A stretch of DNA of 61,722 bases, filler included, from Collodictyon triciliatum (lineage: Eukaryota): NCBI GenBank assembly GCA_043381765.1. It is 5 parts of 5 records of this genome, joined end to end, with 100 filler letters (N's around TTAATTAATTAA, not from the genome) between each part and the next. Parts side by side here need not be neighbours in the genome. Positions count along the whole stretch, not along the records: positions 39,519 to 46,813 come from JBHJMP010000347.1; positions 46,914 to 61,722 come from JBHJMP010000349.1; 3 more parts are not named here. The stretch is one strand, 5' to 3'. Below the pieces are notes generated by a model, which saw only the letters and a program-made list of their open reading frames with translations, was not told the DNA's origin and did no database searches. Made by a program: the position numbers and the translations under genes. Below are positions 39,715 through 51,165 of this stretch, one piece after another. Each line of letters begins with the position of its first letter. Positions within the stretch are counted from its first letter, which is position 1.

Positions 39715-42700
39715 ATTTTCCATCTGGTAGCCACCGTCGCATACACACATAAGTTGCTTGATGTCCAAAAATGAGTTTCTAGGACACTCTGTTCAAACAT
39801 GCAAGAAACCATCGGTCAGCTCAAATAGGCTATGGAATATCGCAACATACGCTGTTTGCTGCCGACCAATTGTAAATGCGTGCATTCCTATGCAAAATAT
39901 CATGCCACTTACTGGCGTGCATCACCGTGAACCCTTCACACCCTGAACATGCCTCGTCACTCTTTGTCCCGCCATCCTCATTCGCCACAAAATGTATCAT
40001 GAAGCCCCCTCCCGAGGTGTATATCTCTGTTGATTCTCTCCCCAACCTACCGAGGGCGACTCTGTCTCCATCTCCTGTGCTACGCATTGTGTGTTGCAAG
40101 CTTGTGACTCGTAATCTACAAAATAATAATAATAATAATAATAATAAATTAAACTGTGTTAGTATAAAACAGCACCATGTCAATTCGCTAGACCTTGAGA
40201 TAAAAAGGCATATTTAATTAGCTGAAATAAAAAAATGGCGCCTTTTGGCGATTCTGTATCTTTAAACTCCCATGGAATTGCAAGAAACGTAGACACGAGT
40301 CTACTCTGTTTTTTTTCCTGGAAAGAAAATACATCAGACACTATGTAAAATATTGCTGAATACTCAACCTATCCTTTGCTCGAATCCTCCCTTTTACAAT
40401 CAAGTGTGTCGCCTCAGAAACAATCCATGTGCAGTTGCTGTTCTCCAGGTACATTCCTGCCCCACTTCCATCATCAAACTTGGACACCTCGAAAGAGCTC
40501 CCAACAAGCCTCGGTTTTGAAGAGGAGCAGAGTCCTACACATAAACCGCCCAAACATAAGTTTGACAATAATGCATCTCCTGCTTATCTAGACAAATGGC
40601 CAAAGCGATAAGCAATATCCCTTTCATAAACATGCATATTCCCACAAAACAAAATTGCAGCTTATTTGCAAAAGCTGCTGTCCCACCTGGTCGGTACGCA
40701 ACCACTTGGTTGGTCGTTGAGTACCCGTTTGTTCCTCCAAAGCTAATCACAAGCCCCTTCAGCTCCACACTCGCTTGCTTGTATATTGATGAGTATCCAA
40801 CAACTTGGTTTTCCACCCACAATCGCGCTTGTAGCTGGAATTCTGCCATACAATTTACATCAGCGAAAATACTGACCTTGCCATGTTTCACATCCCTTTC
40901 TTAATCCCGACCATTCCAACAACAAGCAAACTCATCTGCACTTCGGTTGCTACATTCTTGGGTCGGAAGAATCTTCATACATAGTTACAAACCATGCTGC
41001 ATCATCACGCCGACTGCTTGCCCACTCGAGCTGTCCACCCCTTGGAATACCGTGTACTTGTCAAACTCTGCACAGCTGTGCGACATCATCCCCACGTTTG
41101 CCCTATCGGATTTGTATTGCGCATTGCTCCATGTCTGTGTTTCTGCGAGGATACATCGTTAGTTCTCTACTTGCAAGACATGCCTTTTGGCGTGGATTAT
41201 ATAGTCATAGAAGAAAGAAAAAAGAAGATGCCTTCCGCCATTTGCACAATCACGTTTTCTAATATGCCATACTTATGTTGTAAATCCATGTATCGTTCAG
41301 GCTATTTGAAGAGAAGTCTTGTCCGCCATACATCACAAACGACTCTTGGTTGATTCTGCACATGCTGTGATAAGCCCGCCGTGTCTGGTGCAATCATCAA
41401 AAGTCAGGGTGTGTGCAGGCAGTGTGTTGAATTAAAATAATGAATGAAGAAAGAAAAGCATAATCCTTCATATCCTCCTTCCCATTATTATTTATCTCAT
41501 ATTACTGGTATGCCTCCCGTTATATTCGCCGCATACACCCGCTTGTCATTCGCCTCGAGCACAAGCGCAGCCGAGTAGAACTCTATCTTCTTTGTTCCGG
41601 TCCTAATCTAAGTAGAGAAACATATCCTTTTTCAACCAACAAACGAAAAATGTGACATATACTCCCACCCAAAAGCAGCCTCTCCCCCAGACTAGTATCA
41701 TGGATTCTCGAGACATAGCGCACCTGTCCACCCCACATCCAAGTCTGGTTTCCAAAAGCGACCATTCGTACCCCAACGCGGCTGTGTGGGCGTTGGTAGC
41801 TGAGGAGCTGGCTCTCTAACCCAATCGTCGTCCACACAAGCGTGTCTTGAATCCGTCCCGTCATATAAAAGCGGAACAAGCATCATCAGTTCATTTCATC
41901 CATCCGAATAACAAGTCCCCACAAGTAATCTCCATCCATCTGACAACCACATAAACACAACATCTCCCACCAAATACAATATTTTCACTTTTGCATCTTA
42001 CCCATATCGAATGCCCACAGTCTGTTGTCTGAAACCCCAACATCGCCTCGGCCACCATAGACAAAGACCCTTCCAGACTCCACCGACACCATCGCTCCTG
42101 CTCGCCCGCCTGGGCCTGCCTCAGATGACCCTCCAAACAGACATCGCCACTTTCTGCTGCCTAAAAATCAGACATTCAGTCATGAATACCATGCAATTAA
42201 GCTATTTCTATCTTCCTCGCCCGGATATTTCAACCCCGCAAAAATGCACGGCCAACTCATACAATCATGACAAATTGCACCGTGACCTCATCCATCCACT
42301 ATGTGGTATGGACATGAAGTAACAGCAGCTGATTCTGATTCAATACAGACCGATTGAGTACATCCACAGGTCATTCAGCAACACCTCGTCCAGATACTCT
42401 GTCGACCCTCCAAATATCACAAACGAATCATCTCCGTACTTTGCGAGACCTGGCTCTGTCCGGTGGATTGGCGTCCGTGCAATCGATGTGTCCGACCAAA
42501 TACGAAGTCCTGTTAACCTTTGTTAGTGCCTGGCGAGTCCCAATCCACACCCTTAGCCCTCCTCACTCCCCCATCCCTGAGAAAACTACACCCTCAAATC
42601 TAAACGAGACATCTCATAATCAACCTATATCTTCAGTCTTACCTGAGTCCCACGTCCACACATCGTTGCTGACAATGTCGCTGCCCGTCGCTCCTCCAAT

Positions 42701-45700
42701 CACCATAAGCCGTGAATCAAACATCACATACGTCGCTCCGTACTTTGGTGCTGGATTCGATAGTGGAAGCCTTGGGCTGCTCAGTCCGTAGTTCTCCCGA
42801 TGCACAACAAGCGAGCTTCCTGTTTCGTCGTTTAGCGTTACAACATCTTGTTTGATTGCCATCTCGCACTCTCCTTTCTAATTCTGAAATATTTCATGCC
42901 CCAACTTCCACATTCCCATATCATAAAGAATCCCTTTACCCAGCTCAATCACATTGATGTCCCCGAGTGCTTCTCCTCGTCGACTTCCGCCAAATATGTG
43001 AAGCTCGTTCTCATACAATCCAAATGCAAACAGCTCCCTTCCGAACTGGCACTGCCCATTCTCTTCATCACAAGGAATGCATTTGTCCAGCACAGCTTTA
43101 GTGCTCCCTTGATATGTGGTGTTCCCTGTCCGGCATGGCATTAACATTTAGATAAGTGCGTCATCGGCGAATGCTCAAATCAAAAGTTCAAGAAAATCAG
43201 GTGCTTATTGGTTGCATCATTTATTGCTGTTTGCTTCTTATTTCTTCTATTTTCTATGTTTCTATGTTTCTATGTTTCTATGTTTCTATGTTTCTATGTT
43301 TCTATGTTTCTATGTTTCTATGTTTCTATGTTTCTATGTTTCTATTTTCTGTCTTTTTATGATTTTGATTTTTGATTTTTGATTTTTGATTTTTGATTTT
43401 TGATTTTTGATTTTTGATTTTTGATTTTTGATTTTTGATTTTTGATTTTTGATTTTTGATTTNNNNNNNNNNNNNNNNNNNNNNNNNNNNNNNNNNNNNN
43501 NNNNNNNNNNNNNNNNNNNNNNNNNNNNNNNNNNNNNNNNNNNNNNNNNNNNNNNNNNNNNNTTTATGATTTTATGATTTTATGATTTTATGATTTTATG
43601 ATTTTATGATTTTATGATTTTATGATTTTATGATTTTATGATTTTATGATTTTATGATTTTCATAAAAGTGTTGTTGATTCTGCATCATACATTGCAGAG
43701 AAAGAAATAACACTGCGAATTGTGCCTATTAATCATGACTTCTTTCATGTACGAATATTCGAAAAACTATGACCTATGTCTATCCAATACAAAGATTCGT
43801 TTTCTCCTGAGTCTCCGCTGCCTCCGAATATAATCACCTTAGACTCCCACACAACCATCGACCCAAATGCGAGTCCTTTCTGGAATCCATTCATTTCTAT
43901 TGTCGTCCATGCATCCTCATCTAATAAAAAAATCAAGCGTTAATGTGTCGTTCCGGAAAAAAAAAACTCTCATTTTCGCTTTTGACTCGTGCTCCGTTGT
44001 CGTCAGTATTCAAGCTTTTGCGCCTTCTTCGTCCTTACCTGCTTTATATCGAAGCAGCCGGTCAACTATTGCTCCGTTGTGCTGCATGATAATTTATTTA
44101 GTGAGTAGATTATAATCCCTGCAAACGTGGAAAATGAAATTGCACTGTGGCTTGTGGTAAATTTATCTTCAGGAAACATATTGGATTGACATCGAAAACA
44201 TGGTCACTGGAGTATCATAATTCTGGTCTAGACTGCTCAATCACCGTCATTCCTCCGTGCACATATATATCGCTGCTGTGTCGTGCGCAGCTAGCCCCCA
44301 TCACATCATTTGGTGTGCTACCCTTGCTTATCCACCGTCGGTTCTTTACATCCAGAAAATACACACGGTTGTCCTCTTCTGCCTTTCTTCCTCCAATCAA
44401 CACACCATACCCTTCCATTCCTACAAAACATGCCTGTATACGCCTTGCCGGTGTTTCTCCACCCATGCTCACTCGCTTCCACTTGGACTCCACTAAGTCA
44501 AAAGAATGGATTTAGTCCTTTTGCTGCAAATACTTATTTGCATCCGAATCACGAAATCTTCCTCCACAGCATCTTCCTGGTCCGACTGTTTTTCACGTTG
44601 TTTTTCTTTTTCTCTTTCTTTTTCTCTTTCTTTTTCTCTTTCTTTTTCTCTTTCTTTTTCTCTTTCTTTTTCTCTTTCTTTTTCTCTTTCTTTTCTCTTT
44701 CTTTTCTCTTTTTTTTTCTTTTTGGTGTCGCAGAAACAAATATCTTGTACCTGGACTGTTCGTCACATATACCACATCCGTGGGAATGTAGTTTTCTGTT
44801 TTGCCGACGTCTGCCGATGTGCTGCCACCAACAACATATACATGCGAGCTAATCACACAGGCGCTCCCAAACATAATCGGCGGTACCTCCTGACTCAGCT
44901 CAAGCGTTTCTCCGCCATTCACACGGATGGGCTCTGCATCCAAAATAAACTTGAGTATTGTTCCACCTTCAATTGTGTGTTGCACACAGATATACATAGA
45001 AAGTGGCGTCTTCAAATACCTGTTAAACTCGATGATGGACTCGAAAGGTTGCTGCAACTTTCCTTTGAAAAGTTCGGCAATCTTTAGTTATTTACTGCTC
45101 CCCACCTGCCCACTAATCTTACAAACCACACAGATGTCGTTCCCTCAAATCAAACTCGTCTACTCACCTGGTTCGGAAGGGGCTGGCTTGTCCCTGGTGG
45201 ACACGCGATGCAGTCTCCTCGGAAGTTGATGTAGTGTCCAGCCACGCATGTGCATCCTTCCATGCTTGCTGAAAATCCCTCTTTGCAATCTGTGTTTGTT
45301 GCATACCTGAGTTAGAAACCCTCATCCTAAATCCTGATTTCGAACCAGTTGTTGGATATTTGTATCCCTGTTCAAAATGCCCTTTCTGTGCCTCTTGGAC
45401 TTCTACTCCGCAATGACTTACTCAAAAGCTTGATTGAGAACCCATCCCCAGGAACTCCGTTCTCTGCCACAAAAAACTCCACAACGCTCTTGGACGATGG
45501 TATCCTCACAATGTCTCCACTCTTCATGGATTCCAGAGACATCTAGGCCGTTTCTCGTCAGACTTGGCCCAGTTGCGCTCAATGCTCCGCGTGGCACGTG
45601 GCTATTCTTGCAATATCTTCTTACCTTGTTTGATACGACCGTGCCTTGGTAGACAATGTCGTCGTCGCATTCACTCGCTTTCTCTAAAGTCAGTGTCCCT

Positions 45701-46577
45701 CCCTCCGAAATCCTCATATAGTCGATCTACATAGGGTTTTTTCTGTGTCATGGCATCAAATAAATCGTGCTTGTCATGTATTTGTAACATACAATCGCCG
45801 CAACAGAATCATCTAAGCATCCTTTACCACAAAATAGTTTGTTTTGCTGATTTCCCAGCTGCACTTTGTGTTTGCAAAGTATTGGAAATGCCCACTTCCA
45901 TCAGAGACAAATCCATCCTCGCTGCTTACAATACCGATATCTCGGCACCAAAGTCGCCCTGTTATATTAGTTAGTTACACTCGACCATATTCTGTTCTTT
46001 TTTCTTCTTCATTTTCTTTTCTTTTGTTGTAGTATCTTAATTTGTCCTATCTCTTCGACCTGAATCTTTTTCAGTTGACACCAGACATACGGAAATGATG
46101 GTTTTGGTTTAATACTCTCACCTAGGTCCACAGTGTACATCGAGTTTGAGTAAGAGTTTGTAAACGTCTTGAATTCATCTCCTCCAATCATGTGCATTTT
46201 CCCTGAGTGTATGATGCCTTTGCCTAGCGCAATGCCTGGAGGCTGTCGTGCTTGATTGTTCAAAACAGCCCATATCTTGTTCTCATCTATCGATTTCACA
46301 GATTGTTTCAAAACGCAATAAATATGGATGGAATCAACTGCAAGTAAAAACGACAGATGGATTTTATAATCCATCAGAGATAACAATGCATGAAATATTC
46401 TAGGGATGTTATCTTGCGCCATAGAAACGTCACCATCATACGCCCAAAACTCATCTTCGCGCCTTCCTTGTTGGTTATATCCTCCATAAAGAAATATGTT
46501 CACATCGTAGCCGAGAACGACTGGTTGGTCTGGTATGCTGGAGCTCAGGTCGCAAAAATGTGTCCATGTGTTGTTTG
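39715..46577 (-). CDS. Large Kelch-repeat / CUB / Cys-rich (ephrin-receptor-like) protein resembling an attractin/MEGF8-style ectodomain; both ends truncated by gaps
   Basis: Numerous Kelch blades (IFLYGG, MHMIGG, VYVVGG, IYVHGG, VIIFGG, LHIFGG, LMVIGG, FVMYGG, VISFGG). Two CUB-like starts (DGSGHFQYFANTKCSWEI ~45850; DGSGAGMYLENSNCTWIV ~40420-40475). Cys-rich CTCVAGHYINFRGDCIACPPGTSQP and CPRNS..CVCDGGY. Confidence 0.8.
43250..43660. repeat. (TTTCTATG)n/(TTTTTGA)-type/(TTTTATGA)n compound intronic array spanning an N gap
   Basis: Directly visible in the sequence. Confidence 0.93.
44603..44722. repeat. (TTTTTCTCTTTC)n intronic array
   Basis: Directly visible in the sequence. Confidence 0.9.
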
Positions 46578-46699
46578 CTGTAATTGATGTGATAGTGAGC
46601 AAATGGCCACACCCAAAATACTTCCACACCAAATTGGAAAAGCTTTTTAATTGTCTAATCTATCATTTTAATAAAATTATTTATATTATTTCCTTTTCT

Positions 46700-46913
46700 A
46701 CCTTTTCTTTCTTCTTCTTTCTTTCTTTTTCTTTCTTTTTCTTTCTTTTTCTTTCTTTTTCTTTCTTTTTCTTTCTTTTTCTTTCTTTTTCTTTCTTTTT
46801 CTTTCTTTTTCTTNNNNNNNNNNNNNNNNNNNNNNNNNNNNNNNNNNNNNNNNNNNNTTAATTAATTAANNNNNNNNNNNNNNNNNNNNNNNNNNNNNNN
46901 NNNNNNNNNNNNN

Positions 46914-47008
<95 letters not shown>
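46700..47008. repeat. (CTTTCTTTTT)n and long poly-T around a spacer gap
   Basis: Directly visible in the sequence. Confidence 0.9.
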
Positions 47009-47012
<4 letters not shown>

Positions 47013-47505
47013 TTCACATGCCCAATGATTCCTACCTCTTATTTATCCACCCTCTTACCCACACCGTTAAATCTGAACTCGTCGTCCTCTGTTTCTCGGA
47101 TCCTGCCTCTAATAATCCACCCCTTGGCTACGCCTAATATGTTTATCTCCAAGTCATTTCTAGCCATATTTCATTAAAAATAATAATAATAATAAATCAG
47201 TAAATAAATGATATAAAAGTAGTCACAAGAGTCCACATAAACACGGAAACAGTCGTCTTTCCAAAACTGACTCATCCGATCAAACCTTCACAAAGCCATC
47301 GTTGTGACAAACACCTTGCCCACCGACCAACGCACCAGAAAAGAACAAAAACCAAGCAGGAAGCTGCAGAAGCGGAACCGACAGCAGCACAAGAAAGCCA
47401 GGGAAGTCGTTCACACTTTATTCAATTAGCCAACCAAGACGCAGGCTTTCGACTCTTCATCAGCTCCCTGCAGCCATAGCCTCACATTCACCAGCACCAA
47501 GCAAG

Positions 47506-50500
47506 ATGACGGATTCTGATATGGACATAATTCTTCCCCTGGAGCAAGCCATGCCAACAGAAACTACACAAAGCCAAGCAGGCCCCCAACTTAAGCCGCC
47601 ACTTCTCCACGCCACATCTGCAATCAAACCGACGGCCGACGAGACCGATGGCCTTCTGATTGACTATATGTCGAATGCGGGGACGGCGCATCCCGTAGGC
47701 CGGAACGAGTCCTTTGACGAGGCAGAGATTATGCTATGCAGAGCAGATGCCACTGACAATGCAGCGGGCCATGCAGGCGCCGCACAGGAGCCGCGGGAGT
47801 TTACATCTATAGCCGATCTGCCGGACGAGATTCTTGTCTCTGTGTTTTCCTTCTTGGACTTTCGTGAATTGCTTACCAGTATGGCCCTTGTTTGCCGGAG
47901 ATGGAACCCAATTGCATCGCATCCCAGTCTTTGGCATACATTGGATCTGTTTCCGTTCCACAAACGCATAGGCGACTCCATCGTTCGTAAAATCCTCCAA
48001 CGCTATCCCCAACTGCGTTCATTAGATCTCCACTCGTGTCGAATTTCTGATGATGCTTTGTTAGACATAGCTGTCTATTGCAAGAGCCTTGAATCCCTCC
48101 ATTTGACTCGCTGCAAGGAACTGACCGACGGTGCTGGAAAAGAAATCGCTCGTATCACTTCTCTACGCACACTAAATCTGTACGGCTGTCGAAAGCTCAC
48201 AGATCAGACTATCATAGATTTGGCATTAGACTGCCCCCGTATAGAACGTGTCAACATGGGTTGGTGCAACATTCGTAACCCTGCTCCAATAAGCAAGTTT
48301 TCTCAATTGCAAGTGTTAAGGATGTGCCATTGCGAGTCTCTGGAAAACTCTGGCTTGATAGAGGTCGCTCGTGCATGCAACCAGCTTCAAAAACTTAATC
48401 TCAGTGGATGTATCAATGTTAACACAGACGTTGTCCTCGAGTTTGCTAAAAACTGTCCAAAGTTGCTAACAATCAACATAAGCCATTGCACTCAAGTGCG
48501 GTCTGCTGCCATTGTGGAGCTTGCAAATAACTGCCACTATCTACAAAAGGTTTTCTATATTTTCCGTCATAATTCTACAAAAGATATTTTCTTTTTTATT
48601 TGGTTTCTATCATACTCACTCGTTTTCTTTTCTGATAATTCTTCTCTTATGACTAACACCTCCTCTGAGCAGGTTAACTTCCTTGACTGTAGAAACATCT
48701 CAGACAACGCAATCGCTGAGTTAGCAAGGAAATGTACCGCCCTTCACACAATCCTCTTGCGTGGATGTACTGATGTATCCGACCATGCTGTCAACCAGGT
48801 GCAACTTGATGCAACAAATATGATTGATGTAACATAAAATAACACTCATTCAAACTTTTCATTAAACGAACCCTACCCTTTTTTTTTCTTTTTTTTTGCA
48901 CGATATTTTATCTATTCCCTCATGGAAAATCTAATTTTATAATTGTGGTGAGAAAAATGGTCGAAAATTATCATGTCTTTCGATTCATTTCAATCTATGC
49001 TGTTTCTTTGCCCTTTTAAATGCCCCTTTGACATCTTTAACCACTATCATAGATTGCTCTTAACTGTCCCAGTCTTATCAACTTGGAGTTGTGTGACTGT
49101 CTCAAAGTATCAGACCATTCTGTTATAAATCTTTCTCGATGTACAAATCTTCAGGTGCGTATCACTTCCAACTTCTGTGCTTTTTCTTTCTTTTATCTTG
49201 TGCAAGAGTATATGTAACTTTTGTTTCTTTGTCCAAACACTTGATTTTTGTTATTTCTATTTTTATTATAATTTTATAAACAACTTCTAGCCGTAATACA
49301 ATATACAATTATGTATCTGAAGAATGGATTTTTGTCCACTCCATCGCAATAGGTGCTCGATTTGAAACGATGCGTAAGAGTGGGTAATGCATCTGTATCT
49401 GCGATTGCTAGGAGCTGCACCAAACTTCAGGTTGGGTTTAGAGTCTTTTCTCAAATATAATGCTCGTGTGTACGCCCACTTCCCACAACACATCATCAAT
49501 CATCCAACTTATCATCAAGTAAATGAGGAATCAAATCAGGAGAGAGGGAAGCATATTTTATAAAGCCATTATGATTCCCTATTCCTCTTCTGAATTGCCA
49601 TCTGCATCATATATGTGGCAGGCACTAGGACTCAAGAAGTGTTCACATGTCACCGATGAATCCGTTACCTTATTGGCTCGGTATTGCACTGGTCTTCGCA
49701 CGCTCGGATTAGGCTGGTGCGACATTTCTGATGTGTCTTTGCTCAGTATACTTCAGTGGTAAGCCGTGAAGCCATGTGCAAACTATAGCTAGTATGTGGT
49801 ACTTTCAAGTCACGCGTACAACTCTTTTATAACATATATCAACTGTAGCTGCCCTGACCTTGTTAACCTGGATATCGGAGCTTGCCAAAGACTAACAAGT
49901 GAAAGCCTCCGGGTCCTTGTCCAGCGGGGCTCGTTTACCCATCTCGACCTGCGCGGTTGTCGACCCATCAATGACGAACTGGTTTACATTCTGATTTGTT
50001 CTCGACTGTTTCTTCTTCCTCCTTTCACTTTTTTTTTTCTGCCAGCTGAAAGATTTTGGCCGTCTCCTCTCAGTTTATTTCCCAACAAATAAGCGCCTGG
50101 GTGGGATGCTAAACCGTGCAAAAGAGAAGAACTCCTCACTTCAACTTGAAAACGAAAATAACAATTGTAATGTTGATGTCTTGTTAGGTTATAGCCTTGG
50201 CTGCAAATGGAAGCCAACTGACAACGCTGCACTTGAGCGGATGCCGTGAAATTACGGATATTGGAATACGTGATGTGAGTGATGAAACAAAGCTTCCAAC
50301 CTTTTTAGCACGCTACTAAATCTGCCCTCTTGGACTTGATTCAGCTCGTGCATCGCTGCCGTTCTCTCCAAACTCTCCACTTGCGAGGACTTCGTGAGCT
50401 AACAGACTCCGTCATGCAAGACCTCTCCCTGTCATGCTCTGTGCTCACAACTCTTGATTTGTGCAACTGTACGAAGGTTCAGACACATACATACATACAT

Positions 50501-50735
50501 ACATACATACATACATACATACATACATACATACATACATACATACATACATACATACATACATACATACATACATACATACATACCCAAACGACTGTCC
50601 AAACAGGTAACTCCGGCGGGTCTTCTTTCTATCTTCGCCGGTTGCACCGGTCTCAAAACAATATATGTCACTGGCATATATGGTATCACCGAAGAGCTCC
50701 GTTCGCGTGCCCCCCAAGGCTGTCGCATTTTCTGA
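47506..50735 (+). CDS. F-box/leucine-rich-repeat protein (FBXL2/FBXL20-like); 9 exons
   Basis: F-box LPDEILVSVFSFLDFRELLTSMALVCRRWNPIASHPSLW followed by many cysteine-containing LRRs (LxxLxLxxCxxxTD). All junctions GT-AG and in frame; ends ...PQGCRIF* with TGA at 50733-50735. Confidence 0.92.
50486..50586. repeat. (CATA)n intronic microsatellite
   Basis: Located in the last intron of the F-box gene. Confidence 0.95.
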
Positions 50736-51165
50736 TTGCCGTCGAATGACTTTCATCATCTTGGTATCCCGTGTGAGTTTGTGTCTCGTCCCGCCTATGA
50801 CTCCCGACCTTTTTTTTCTCGTGGTCTTGTCCTTTTTTTTCTTTTCGGCTCAACCGTACATCGCATCTTCTGGGCACGATGCCTTCATGACAACTTTTCT
50901 CTCCTTTCATTCTCTTTTTTTTTTACTCTCCTTTTCGCTCTGCAATTCTCTTCCCCCCACCTTCAGGCGCTCTTTAAAACACGAATGTAAGAATTTAAAT
51001 CAGGCTTCCGTGCACACAAAAGAACAAAAGGAATTCACGGTTCTGATTTCATCGGATATAAATCTTTTTCGGCCGCATCTCTTTGCTTGTAACTGGAAAA
51101 ACTGTGTCGTTGTATATAGTAGTACCAGATTTCTTTTTATCAAGTTCACCACAAGGTGTGTATGG

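Noticed and set aside
36375..46577. Kelch/CUB protein fused to GH172 across the 39419-39518 gap
   Set aside because: Both are truncated at a spacer gap of unknown size, flanking repeats and base composition differ, and nothing positively supports fusion.
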